The notes under the pieces are model-generated. The model was not told the origin of the DNA. It made no database searches and saw only the letters and a program-made list of their open reading frames with translations. A stretch of DNA of 64,000 bases from Candidatus Helarchaeota archaeon (GTDB lineage Archaea; Asgardarchaeota; Lokiarchaeia; Helarchaeales; RDOG01): assembly GCA_019058315.1 (NCBI GenBank), contig JAHPZH010000003.1:652451-716450 (forward strand). Direction: 5' to 3'. The position numbers and the translations under genes were made by a program. Positions 19,801-28,902 of the stretch are shown here, one piece after another. Each line of letters begins with the position of its first letter. Positions within the stretch are counted from its first letter, which is position 1.

Positions 19801-19973
19801 AAAAAGAATTTGAAAATGTTAAATTAATTGAAGTGAAATCCAGAATTATCCCAGCACTCTGTAAAGGGTGCGGAACTTGTGCCCCAATTTGCCCCGTTTC
19901 AGCTATAACCTCAAAACATTTTACAACGCCACAACTAAAAGCTATGGTAAAGAGTTATTTAACAGAGGATTAA
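16875..19973 (+). CDS. hdrA: heterodisulfide reductase subunit A-like flavoprotein (double-FAD-domain form)
   Basis: GGGVAG, LDKTFPTNDCSLC, YCSSVCCMY, CHCGINI, SCTPRTHE, second GGGISG, C-terminal ferredoxin motifs; start overlaps the upstream stop. Confidence 0.95.
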   Translation: MSSLEKVGAVLVIGGGVAGIQASLDLAEMGFKVYLVEKSPSIGGRMSQLDKTFPTNDCSLCILAPKMVEVFRHQNINLMTYCEVIGVEGEAGNFTVSINKKARYVDETKCKGCGDCAAKCPMRGKFPDEFNMGLGKRGAIYTPFPQAVPPVYLIDKENCLFFQKGICKVCQKFCKANCIDFEMKDEVLKLKVGAIVVVTGFDQIDPSILPQYGYQFENVITGLEFERLMCASGPTRGHIQRVSDDKHPHKIAMLSCVGSRNERGGVPYCSSVCCMYIAKECIITKEHAPDIDMFVFKSDVRSYGKGFNEFIQRAQREYGVKYITGRVAFVEEDPETKNLIIYYEDIETGESKEMEVDLVVLAVALVPSKGTVELAKVLGVDIDINNFFAEKSETDPVESTRPGIYICGYGQAPKDIPESVADASGAAAKAGELLSSVRGTLAKKKVFELPEKEIGPDDEPRIGVMVCHCGINIGGVVNVPQVVEYVKTLPNVIHVEENLYSCSSDSQQRIKDLIAEHNLNRYIVASCTPRTHEPLFALTCREGGLNPYLFELVNIRDQCSWVHMSEPEAATQKAKDLLRMTISKSRLLRPLQRGQVQVVQHALVIGGGISGMTAALNIANEGYQTYLITNEEKLGGILNQVHKVFPSEEKASDILAPLLKEIEKHDKIEVFTSSKIKNVGGYVGNFKAEIEDIDGNIAEREMGVVIVATGGKELKPKGYLKYGEYEQVITQLELEQKLKEGSINKDIKNVVMLLCANARENEGLFTYCSKICCSVAIKNAMILKEINPDINVTILYRDIQMAGKVAEQYYRTSREKINYIQYDLEKLPEVTKNSGNHINLKLYNVLNTDQIELDCDLLVLATPMVPQSGVEELAQFLKIPTMKDIPPFFLEAHVKLRPLDFATEGIFLCGAAQWPKPLHECASQALGAAARASRLLAAGVIETEGIISEIDPEKCIACGRCREVCAYNAIEEVIFEKEFENVKLIEVKSRIIPALCKGCGTCAPICPVSAITSKHFTTPQLKAMVKSYLTED

Positions 19974-20023
19974 ATCTACTCCATTTTTTAAAATAGAAAA
20001 AAAATAAATTATAAATTATTGTA

Positions 20024-22768
20024 TTAACGTTTTTTCCGTAGTATTATGACCAATACTATAACGACTATAGCAGCTACAGCAGCAAGACCAATTATTAATG
20101 GCAAATTAACAAGAGATTCTCCTGTGGGAATAATTATATAGATGGGGGTAGTTCGAGCGGGAGATGGTTTTGGATAAAGACCAGTATTACGTTCATCATG
20201 GCGAAACTTAGGCCATGGAAACATTGAATCAATATATGGTCCTTTACAATTAAATGCCCATACAAAACCTCCGATTGACCCCGAAATAATTGCATGTGAC
20301 CCAATAACAACTTCTACTAATCCATCGCCATCAAGATCTGCAAGTGCAGGACTAGAATAAATTGTGCAATTTGTGTATATAGGCCAGCCTGTAACATTCG
20401 TTCCATCGTGATTTAAAGCCCAAATAAAGTTATCCATAGCACCAATTACTACTTCTAACATACCATCACCATCAATATCACCTATAGCTGGAGAGGAAGC
20501 ATAAACATCACTTACATTTGCTGGCCATCCAGGTAAATTTTGTCCCGTGTAATTAAGAGCACAAACATTATAGTCATCTGTACCCACTACTATATCTAAA
20601 TACCCATCATTATCTATGTCACCAAGAGCTGGGGATGAAATCCCAAATCCTCCAGATCCTATACTTACTGGCCATCCATTTATGTAGTCCCCAGTATAAT
20701 CAAAGACGTGAAGATTATTATTACCCCACTTAACAATAATTTCTAATTTACCATCCTTATTAATGTCTCCAAGTGCAGGAGTAGAATGTGTAGCACCTCC
20801 TATGAAAAAAGGCCACCCAGTCATATTATTTCCAGTTGAATCAAGCACCCATATATTTCCATCATCTGAACAGATCACGATTTCCAATTTTCCATCACCA
20901 TTGATATCACCAAGAGCTGGAGAAGACCACACATCACCTCCTGTTAACACTGGCCAACCTGTCATATTTTTCCCAGTTGAATTAAATACATAAATGTGAT
21001 TATCATTTGAGCCAACAACAACATCTAATTTTCCATCACCGTCTATATCGCCAAGAGCTGGTGAAGATCGTATATCACCTCCAGTTGAAACTGGCCATCC
21101 GGGTAAATTGTATCCAGTTGCATTTACTGCATAAACTTGTCCACCACCAGTTCCAACTACGATATCCAATATACCATCACCATTAAGATCACCAATAGCT
21201 GGGGAAGAACGGACAGCATCTCCTGTGTTTATAGGCCAAAGTCCAGCAACATCAGTCCCATCTTGATTTAAAGCCATTATCAAACGACCATTTGTGCCTA
21301 TTACCACTTCTAACTTATTATCATTATCTATGTCAACTAGAGCAGGAGAAGAAAAAACATCAAATTTTAATGGAGGAATTTGCACTGGCCATCCAGGTGG
21401 TGAAAGAAAATAAAGACCTGCATTTTGTTCATCATTATGGAACTTAGGCCATGGAAGTCCTTGCAGAGAACTATTACAATTTATTGCCCAAATATAATTA
21501 TCATCAGACCCAAAGACAACTTCAAAAAATCCATCACCATCTATATCACCGAGAGCTGGAGATGAGCCTATATAATCTCCTGTTTCTACTTCCCAATCCG
21601 AAATATTATTACCAGAAGAATCTAGAGCCCAGAGATAATTGTCATCTGATCCTACAACTATATCTGTTAGATTATCGCCATCGATATCGCCTAGAGCAGG
21701 AGAAGATCTCACAGTACTTCCCGTCATTACAGGCCAACCAGTGACATTTGATCCATCAGGATTTATAGCCCATATTTGCTTATCCATTGAACCAATTACA
21801 ACTTCTAACCGTCCATCATAATCAATATCCCCAAGAGCGGGAGAAGAATATATTAAACTTCCAGTTTTTACAGGCCATCCTGTCATATTGTGTCCAGTTG
21901 CATTAACAGCCCAAATGTGAAAATCAGTTGAGCCAACTATAACGTCTAACTTGCCATCGCCATCGATATCACCAATAGCTGGGGAAGATCTTACGTCAGC
22001 CCCCGTTTTTACAGGCCATAAACCTGTTAAATTATGTCCTGTTGAATTTAACGCCCAAATATAATCATCATCAGAGCCAACTACTATATCTAGTGACCCA
22101 TCCCCGTCAATATCGCCAATAGCAGGAGTAGACCCTACAAGACCATTGGTTTTTATGGGCCATCCTGTTACATTTGTTCCATCGTGATTGAATGCCCAAA
22201 TATACTCATCATATGATCCTACGACTATTTCTAATCTTCCATCATTATCAATATCACCCAAGGCAGGTGATGAGATTATATCATCTCCAGTAGTTACAGG
22301 CCATCCTGGAACATATGTTCCATCATCATTTAATACATGTATTTTATCATCATTTGATCCAATTACAATTTCAAGCTTTCCATCATTATCAATGTCACCA
22401 AGAGCTGGAGAGGAACTTATTGGTTCTCCTGTCTTTACTGGCCATCCCGTTACGTTATATCCAGTTGAATTTAATACATAAATATAGGTATCTTGAGATC
22501 CAAATATAGTCTCTAATTGCCCATCTCCATCAATATCTCCAAGAACTGGAGAAGAATATACTATACCTCCTGTTTGTACAGGCCATAAACCAGATACATT
22601 TGATGGATCTTTTTTAACAAGATCTACTGTATCTTGTTTTATCGTTTCAATTTGTGTTAGCGTATTGATTGGTCCCTTAAGCAGCGTTAGTAAAATTGGT
22701 AGTATTATTATTATAGTCAATAGAAATATTCTTGTTAAAGTCATTTTTCTTTGCATATTTTGAACCAT
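20024..22768 (-). CDS. cell-surface FG-GAP/VCBS-repeat protein, two 8-repeat propellers, C-terminal TM anchor
   Basis: N-terminal signal; 16 copies of GWPV.TG...SSPALGDIDGDG.LEIVVGS.D; C-terminal TM plus RKKR. Confidence 0.9.
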   Translation of the reverse strand: MVQNMQRKMTLTRIFLLTIIIILPILLTLLKGPINTLTQIETIKQDTVDLVKKDPSNVSGLWPVQTGGIVYSSPVLGDIDGDGQLETIFGSQDTYIYVLNSTGYNVTGWPVKTGEPISSSPALGDIDNDGKLEIVIGSNDDKIHVLNDDGTYVPGWPVTTGDDIISSPALGDIDNDGRLEIVVGSYDEYIWAFNHDGTNVTGWPIKTNGLVGSTPAIGDIDGDGSLDIVVGSDDDYIWALNSTGHNLTGLWPVKTGADVRSSPAIGDIDGDGKLDVIVGSTDFHIWAVNATGHNMTGWPVKTGSLIYSSPALGDIDYDGRLEVVIGSMDKQIWAINPDGSNVTGWPVMTGSTVRSSPALGDIDGDNLTDIVVGSDDNYLWALDSSGNNISDWEVETGDYIGSSPALGDIDGDGFFEVVFGSDDNYIWAINCNSSLQGLPWPKFHNDEQNAGLYFLSPPGWPVQIPPLKFDVFSSPALVDIDNDNKLEVVIGTNGRLIMALNQDGTDVAGLWPINTGDAVRSSPAIGDLNGDGILDIVVGTGGGQVYAVNATGYNLPGWPVSTGGDIRSSPALGDIDGDGKLDVVVGSNDNHIYVFNSTGKNMTGWPVLTGGDVWSSPALGDINGDGKLEIVICSDDGNIWVLDSTGNNMTGWPFFIGGATHSTPALGDINKDGKLEIIVKWGNNNLHVFDYTGDYINGWPVSIGSGGFGISSPALGDIDNDGYLDIVVGTDDYNVCALNYTGQNLPGWPANVSDVYASSPAIGDIDGDGMLEVVIGAMDNFIWALNHDGTNVTGWPIYTNCTIYSSPALADLDGDGLVEVVIGSHAIISGSIGGFVWAFNCKGPYIDSMFPWPKFRHDERNTGLYPKPSPARTTPIYIIIPTGESLVNLPLIIGLAAVAAIVVIVLVIILRKKR

Positions 22769-22899
22769 CCAAATTCATAAATTCTTAATTTTTATTATTT
22801 ATCAACTAAAATCAATTGATAATAAATCATGAAAAAAAAATTTAATAACCTTATTTTAATTGTATTTTAAAAAATAAATTAACAAATTACGGTGAAATC

Positions 22900-23337
22900 A
22901 TGAGTGGCGAATTCAATCCTCGCATTGTAGCATTCCTCTGCAATTGGTGCGGATATGCGGGGGCTGATCTGGCAGGAGTAAGCCGATTTCAATATCCTCC
23001 CACAATCCGTATTATTCGAGTAATGTGTTCGGGCAGAATCCAACCTTCATTTGTTCTCGAAGCATTTGAAAAAGGAGCAGACGGAGTATTAGTCTGCGGG
23101 TGACACATTGGAGATTGCCATTATATTCATGGAAATGAATATGCAAAGGAAAGAATAGAGATGACAAAAAGTCTGCTGGAAACTGTTGGAATTAATCCAA
23201 AGAGATTGCGTCTTGAATGGATTTCTGCAGCTGAAGGACAGAAGTTTGCATCTTTAATACATGAATTTACAAATGATATTAAACAATTAGGACCATTTGC
23301 AACTAAAAGTAAAAAGGTTGAAATACCAAATAAATAG
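22900..23337 (+). CDS. mvhD: hydrogenase iron-sulfur subunit MvhD/VhuD, selenoprotein (UGA at 23101-23103)
   Basis: [22 protein letters not shown]; in-frame TGA at the conserved Cys of GCHxGDCHY; frame continues (HIGDCHY...[12 protein letters not shown]) to TAG at 23335-23337; 145 aa. Confidence 0.93.
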
Positions 23338-23341
23338 TATA

Positions 23342-23409
23342 TTAAAGTTGGATGATTCACATCTGAAAAATTAATAGATGTGATGAGATGGCCGCAAGCC
23401 AAACTTTAA
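23342..23409 (+). promoter_or_regulatory. SECIS element in mvhD 3'-UTR
   Basis: Outer stem TTAAAGTT/AACTTTAA; ATGAT...TGAG non-Watson-Crick core; stem TCACATCT/AGATGTGA; A-rich loop; extra hairpin TGGC-CGCAA-GCCA. Confidence 0.8.
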
Positions 23410-23530
23410 ATCTGGTATGAAAATTCTACTTCTTTTTTCCTCTATCCCATTAGTTAAAGAATTAAAATTTATTAACAAATTTACTTTTTCTAAAATAAAG
23501 AATCTTTACAAATTCTAATAGTTGATTTAA

Positions 23531-24730
23531 ATGAGTGAGATCAAGATAAATTGGAAAGGACATCTTGAAAAATATCAGAATGCTATGGAGGAACTTAATC
23601 TGGATTTTTGTGTACTCACAAGAGTTAAATCATTGACTTATTTGCATGGTGCATTCGTACCTTGGAGAAGTGCGATATTTTTACCCAAGAAAGGTTCGGG
23701 AGATCCAATTTTATATACAGTTCTTTTGGATGTAGAACGCTGCAAGGCAGAGGGGCAATTAGCGGTTGATGGTTGGGGTCCCATGAAAGGGTTCTATTTG
23801 GAAAAGAAGATTCAAAAGGCAGCAAAAAAGGCAGGAGTATATAATCCAAACGGATCACCTCCAAGAATTGGTGTAGAGCTTGGTCAAGATATTTGTATAA
23901 GTGGCGGTATGCTGCAATACACTGAAGCTGAGCTCATTAAAAGTGTCTTTCCAGGTTGTGAACTAGTTGATTTTAATGAAAAAATTGAACAAATCCAGTT
24001 CATAAAAGAACCTGAAGAAATTGCTATGTTACGAAAAGCAAGTGGGATAACAGATATTGGGCAGGAAGCTGTAAAAAAAGAACTAAGCGAAAGACCCTCT
24101 GGAAAAGTATTTACTGAGAATGAAATTGCTGGAATTGGGACAAAAGCTATGCGAGATGCTGGGAGCAATTGGGAATGGACTTTCACAGGTGCCCAAGAAA
24201 TTGGTTCGGGTTACCGAGCAAGTTATATTTGGGGAGGTTGTACCCCAGCAACAAATAAAAAAATTAAAGAAGGCGAATCTCTACTTGTGGATCTTCATAG
24301 CGAATATGGGTGCTATTTAGGAGATCTGAGTCACAATTACGTACTTGGTAAATGCTCATCAGAATTAAAAGAGTTTAACGAAGTTTATGAACAATTGTGT
24401 TATACACTAATAGACAACATGGTCCCCGGAAAAACATTTGGTGAATGCTTTGAAGAAGTTTCTAAAGTAGCTAATTCGGCTGGATTTGGTAACGAACTTT
24501 TTCTAGCCGTTGGTCACGGTATTGGGTGTATTGGAAATGAGTCTTGGCCAATTATCACCTTTGGAAAAGAGTGGGGTAAAATGGAGTTCGTTCCTGGAAT
24601 GGTCGAGATAGCTGCGGTTGTTTTTAATAGACCAGATCTTGGTGGATTAAGGTTAGAATCTCCTACTCTTGTCACAAATAAAGGTGCGGAAGTGCTTCCA
24701 AAGACACCTTTTGAAGTTGATTATGTTTAG
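23531..24730 (+). CDS. M24 (Xaa-Pro peptidase/creatinase-like) family protein
   Basis: IKEPEEIAMLRKA; VDL...YLGDLS; GHGIG; GGLRLE. Confidence 0.85.
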   Translation: MSEIKINWKGHLEKYQNAMEELNLDFCVLTRVKSLTYLHGAFVPWRSAIFLPKKGSGDPILYTVLLDVERCKAEGQLAVDGWGPMKGFYLEKKIQKAAKKAGVYNPNGSPPRIGVELGQDICISGGMLQYTEAELIKSVFPGCELVDFNEKIEQIQFIKEPEEIAMLRKASGITDIGQEAVKKELSERPSGKVFTENEIAGIGTKAMRDAGSNWEWTFTGAQEIGSGYRASYIWGGCTPATNKKIKEGESLLVDLHSEYGCYLGDLSHNYVLGKCSSELKEFNEVYEQLCYTLIDNMVPGKTFGECFEEVSKVANSAGFGNELFLAVGHGIGCIGNESWPIITFGKEWGKMEFVPGMVEIAAVVFNRPDLGGLRLESPTLVTNKGAEVLPKTPFEVDYV

Positions 24731-24767
24731 ATTAATACTTGATTTGAGGCAATTTCTAGTGATTTAA

Positions 24768-25703
24768 ATGAATCCAAAACATGAACTTGCAGAGAGGCCC
24801 GATTTCAATGTATATGTTAGTGGTATGAATGCTACGGTGCGAATGAAATGGAATGATATAGAGAAATATATCATACCTGGTAAAATAGTTGATGTAGGTT
24901 GTGGGACGGGTGAATTAACAAAAATTATCGCAAAAAAATTTCTCGATTCTCAAGTTATAGGCATTGATATATCGGATTATTTCGTTCAATTATCCCGAAA
25001 AAACACGAAGGATTTAGGGAATGTCGAAATACAGCAGTGTGATATTGTTTTTAAAGAATTTGAACCAGAAACCATTACAACAAAAATATTTTCTTCTGTT
25101 ATCCATGAATTAGTATCTTATAAAGGCTATAATAAAGAAATTCCTAAAAAAGTAATAAGAGGTTCATTTAGAGAACTTAAACCAGGTGGTAGGATTATTA
25201 TTAGAGATGGTGTAAGTCCAGGGGATTATGAAATATACATTTGGTTTAATGATAAAAATGGAATAAATGAGTTAGATCATAAGAAAAATATAAAGCTTAA
25301 TTTTAAAGATTTAAGCACAGAAGCTCGTTTCATACGATTCTGTTTGCAATTCAAGGGTAAAGAATGGGATTATAGACCAGTCAGAATTAATAATAAAAAA
25401 TTATATGTTTTGGATGCGCATTTTGCACATGAATTTATGAGTAAGAAAGAATATGTCGAAAATTGGGATGTTGAAGCTCTTGAGGAATTTGGCATATTTA
25501 CTATTGAAGAATATAAACAGACTCTTGAAAATGCAGATTTTGACATAGTTGAAATTAAAACTTACAAAAATCCTTGGATTGTAAAAAATTGGTATGAAAA
25601 TAAACTAAAATTATATAGATATGAAAATAATAAGCTTAATGAGCTAGATTATTTTCCAACGAATATTATAATTATAGCTGAAAAACCTAAAGAAACTAAT
25701 TAA
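24768..25703 (+). CDS. class I SAM-dependent methyltransferase
   Basis: VDVGCGTG; GIDIS; SSVIHE; LKPGGRIIIRDG. Confidence 0.9.
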   Translation: MNPKHELAERPDFNVYVSGMNATVRMKWNDIEKYIIPGKIVDVGCGTGELTKIIAKKFLDSQVIGIDISDYFVQLSRKNTKDLGNVEIQQCDIVFKEFEPETITTKIFSSVIHELVSYKGYNKEIPKKVIRGSFRELKPGGRIIIRDGVSPGDYEIYIWFNDKNGINELDHKKNIKLNFKDLSTEARFIRFCLQFKGKEWDYRPVRINNKKLYVLDAHFAHEFMSKKEYVENWDVEALEEFGIFTIEEYKQTLENADFDIVEIKTYKNPWIVKNWYENKLKLYRYENNKLNELDYFPTNIIIIAEKPKETN

Positions 25704-25757
25704 CTAAACAAGAATTCAATTTTTTTAATCGATTTTATATAAATCTTGAATTAAATT

Positions 25758-25787
25758 AAAAAAAAAATTGAGGTAATTTTGACCTCA
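25758..25787 (-). terminator. hairpin plus T10 tract downstream of 25800..26798
   Basis: TGAGGT/ACCTCA stem followed on the minus strand by a 10-nt T run. Confidence 0.55.
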
Positions 25788-25799
25788 TCTCGTATAGAA

Positions 25800-26798
25800 T
25801 TAGAGTAAATCGAGGATTTGTACTAGTATTAATTGAATATCATCGATCTGTGCAATTAGGTTTCCTGCCATTTCTTCTTCGATGATATGAAACCTATCAG
25901 CGATTTTTATTATAATCTCGCTTATGCAAGTTTGACATTTTGTTATCCAGACACGTATTTTAGCACATTCGGTGTTATTTTCTAGATATAAATCAAGAGC
26001 AGTTTCCATATTATTTTCTGCCTTATTTGTAATATAAGTTAAGATTATTCTAAGCAAACTACAATTGATTTCTCCAATAGAACCTTTTAAGATACCGAGT
26101 TGTTCTATCACTTCTTCCATTAGAATTTGTTCTGGTGGTTTTTCTTTGTAATCGGGTATGCCATTTCCATCATAGTCTAAACTTATAATAACTACATCCC
26201 AACCTGAATCAGCAGGTGCAGGACTGTAGCCAGACCAAGTTAAAATTCTTATATCATTGCTACCTTCAGTCCAATCATTAATGCCATCGCCATCTAGATC
26301 TGTAGAGAATGAAAAATTGTACCAATTAAATTCTGTTCCTGATATAGTTTTCCAGATTTTAACTTGAGAGGGGTAGTAATCCGGATCATTTACTGATACG
26401 TATGTAACTTGGTCTTGAAATCCTAATGGTGGAGGATAAGTCCCATTTTTTGTTATTTTAGCTTTGAATTCAATAAATATTTTGCTTGTATTTGTAGGAA
26501 CTTTAGAAAAATTAATTACCCATGGATTACTCCAAACATCCATCCAGCCAAATCCATCAAGAGTGAGATCAGAACAATTGTCATTATCTATGCCAATTAT
26601 TGAATATAATCCTTTATTTTCAATGATCCATGAACTTTTTTGCTCACTCATGCCATCTTGAGAATTCTGGATTCCTTGAAGTGCCAGAAGTCCATAAAGT
26701 GTGGGAAACGTTGAACCAGTATTTAAATATGCAAAACTAAGACCAAACGAACATAAAATGATTACTATAGCTATTGCTCCAGTTTGATTCTTCTTCAT
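25800..26798 (-). CDS. secreted/membrane-anchored hypothetical protein with Ca-binding DxDGDG motifs
   Basis: N-terminal signal; DLDGDGINDW and DYDGNGIPDY; helical C-terminus. Confidence 0.7.
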   Translation of the reverse strand: MKKNQTGAIAIVIILCSFGLSFAYLNTGSTFPTLYGLLALQGIQNSQDGMSEQKSSWIIENKGLYSIIGIDNDNCSDLTLDGFGWMDVWSNPWVINFSKVPTNTSKIFIEFKAKITKNGTYPPPLGFQDQVTYVSVNDPDYYPSQVKIWKTISGTEFNWYNFSFSTDLDGDGINDWTEGSNDIRILTWSGYSPAPADSGWDVVIISLDYDGNGIPDYKEKPPEQILMEEVIEQLGILKGSIGEINCSLLRIILTYITNKAENNMETALDLYLENNTECAKIRVWITKCQTCISEIIIKIADRFHIIEEEMAGNLIAQIDDIQLILVQILDLL

Positions 26799-27119
26799 TT
26801 TTGTCCCCGAGCTATATTAGTAAATTAGTAAGAAATTATTTTTTCACAAATATAAAAAGATTTCTTTAAGAATCTCATTAATATGTTAAAAAATTTTGAG
26901 ATTTGTTATTTTTATCGAAAATATAATTGCGAAATTTTACATTATTTAAATCAGAGAATATTTTTTATTAGTCTTATTTATTTATATTATAATTTTAATC
27001 AGTCTTGTTGATATAAAGTTAAAAACCAATAATATTCTATTAATATGAAATATGTGTCATTAGTACATTTTTAATAAAATACGGTGATTTATTGATCTTT
27101 TTTCTAATAAAAGAAGAAT

Positions 27120-28136
27120 TCATTCTATTAAATTAGATGTTTTGAATTTTTCTAGTTTAAAAATATAAAGAATGATGAGAATTCCACAAATAATTATTGA
27201 AACTGGAATAATTACATACAATGTTATTTCAGGACCATGCCAAGGAAGAGCAGCATGAAAAATATATGCAAAATATAATAATAGTAATGAAATATAATAA
27301 GAATCAGTTCTACGAGTAATTTCGCATAATATCAAGCCGAAAAGAGTAAATGTTAAAGCAAACCCAAAAGTATGCCAAGGATAAGCAAATCCAAAACAAA
27401 CTGAAATTATAAGATATGCAAATATTGTTTTAGTTTTGCTCATAAACATTTTAAATCCCCATTTATAGAAAAATGAAGTCATAGCCCATAATTGGATGAA
27501 TTTTATAACAAAAAAAAAGAAATACATTGTAAAATTGAATAAAGAACAGCAATGCCAAAGAGCTGAAACTGCTCCATAGCCATATGCGCTTAAAACTACA
27601 ATAAATATTTCTTTATCAATATTTTTTTTAGAAATTGCAAAATCTTCTTTATTAAATTTAAAGATTATTTTGAACAATTCTGGGAGTAATCCTATTACGA
27701 TTAGACTTAACATGGAATGAAAGAATAACGGACCCATTCCTAAGGGAGCATTTGGATCCCACCAAGAATATCCTATTAAAAAATTTATTATTATAAAGCC
27801 TCCAGTTGTCCCAAAAAAAGCAATAATTTCAATTTTGTTTACTGGTCGTTTTTTAAATGAAATTGGCTCCCATTGCATAAGAAACAAAATACAGATTCCT
27901 AGAATAATAAAACCTAGTATAGCTAAGGATTTCATACCAATCTCGCCACCTAATTCCCACATTCCTTCTATCCAAGTTCTACCATTAATCGGAGGTTCGC
28001 CAACAACGTTTAGAGAGAGATATTCTAAAAGATTAATGGGAACAAATATAATTAAATTAATTGTGATTGTAACGAATATTAAAACAATTAAAAGACTCTT
28101 CGATTTTTCAGTTAATACATTAAACATATTTCTCAT
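27120..28136 (-). CDS. multi-pass membrane protein, degenerate CPBP/Abi-like C-terminus
   Basis: About 10 TM segments; ISVCFGFAY and RRTDSYYISLLL resemble CPBP motifs but lack the catalytic Glu/His. Confidence 0.6.
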   Translation of the reverse strand: MRNMFNVLTEKSKSLLIVLIFVTITINLIIFVPINLLEYLSLNVVGEPPINGRTWIEGMWELGGEIGMKSLAILGFIILGICILFLMQWEPISFKKRPVNKIEIIAFFGTTGGFIIINFLIGYSWWDPNAPLGMGPLFFHSMLSLIVIGLLPELFKIIFKFNKEDFAISKKNIDKEIFIVVLSAYGYGAVSALWHCCSLFNFTMYFFFFVIKFIQLWAMTSFFYKWGFKMFMSKTKTIFAYLIISVCFGFAYPWHTFGFALTFTLFGLILCEITRRTDSYYISLLLLYFAYIFHAALPWHGPEITLYVIIPVSIIICGILIILYIFKLEKFKTSNLIE

Positions 28137-28199
28137 AGCGCATCATCAAAAATAATCTTATAATTTTAAAAAAAAAAGATATTTATTTTTAGATTAATT

Positions 28200-28685
28200 C
28201 TAAATTTTTGCTTTTGTTTTTTGAAGAGCTATAATTTCTAATACTACAATTACACCAGCAAGAATAAAAGTGACAATTGCCCTCACAAGTGTAATATTAA
28301 GTTCTCTGATTGAAGCAGGCATGGATATTATGACTAAAAATTGCATAAAAGAATCGCCTTCGAAAAGCAGAAGCCAAATCAATGTTCTCATTGGAAGAAT
28401 GGATATTGTATTAAGTATAAATATCGTATTGCCAATTTCCGATCCAAAAAGTAGACCTATTGCGCCCATTCCAACCCCAAAACCAACCTTGAAAAGATCT
28501 TCACTATCCCAGATACCACTTATAAATATGAAAATTCCCGAGTTAATTACTATTAATACTCCTAAGATCCTAAGGATGTCAACTAATCGAGGAGCATCTT
28601 CATATACTGGAAATCCTGTTAACACAAAACCTATAATCAAGATAATTATTCCAAGTGTAAATACATCTCTATTTTCTATTGCCAT
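28200..28685 (-). CDS. hypothetical membrane protein
   Basis: Multiple TM segments; GGAG upstream of ATG. Confidence 0.65.
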   Translation of the reverse strand: MAIENRDVFTLGIIILIIGFVLTGFPVYEDAPRLVDILRILGVLIVINSGIFIFISGIWDSEDLFKVGFGVGMGAIGLLFGSEIGNTIFILNTISILPMRTLIWLLLFEGDSFMQFLVIISMPASIRELNITLVRAIVTFILAGVIVVLEIIALQKTKAKI

Positions 28686-28902
28686 ATCATTTGCTCCATT
28701 TCAAAATTATATAATAATGAATTATAAATAAACTATTTTATGAATTTTTTTAAATAAATTGCCTAGGAATATAGATTTAGTTATTTGTTTATTTTTACGA
28801 AATTAACTTGTAATTCAAAATTATTAAACCCTCAGTGTTTTAGTTATACTAACCTAGGTCTTAAATACTAACTTTCGTTTTTATTCTCAAAAATAGAGGT
28901 GA

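Noticed and set aside
22900-23103. mvhD (and selD) as nonsense-truncated pseudogenes
   Set aside because: In both genes the TGA sits at a conserved catalytic Cys/Sec position, the rest of the frame is intact, and a structured 3'-UTR follows
23127-23402. 91-aa minus-strand ORF
   Set aside because: Antisense shadow of the read-through half of mvhD and its SECIS
26800-27119. Long AT-rich intergenic regions (also 12370-12597 and 15476-15669) as replication origin or ncRNA
   Set aside because: No ORB-like repeats, no adjacent cdc6/orc1, and no GC-rich structured island
28270-28731. 153-aa plus-strand ORF and the other short ORFs overlapping long genes (e.g. 2037-2468, 6958-7467, 16808-17248, 59419-59841, 63425-63787)
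   Set aside because: Antisense or out-of-frame shadows of better-supported genes, with Ser/Ile/Phe-rich composition typical of reverse-strand reads
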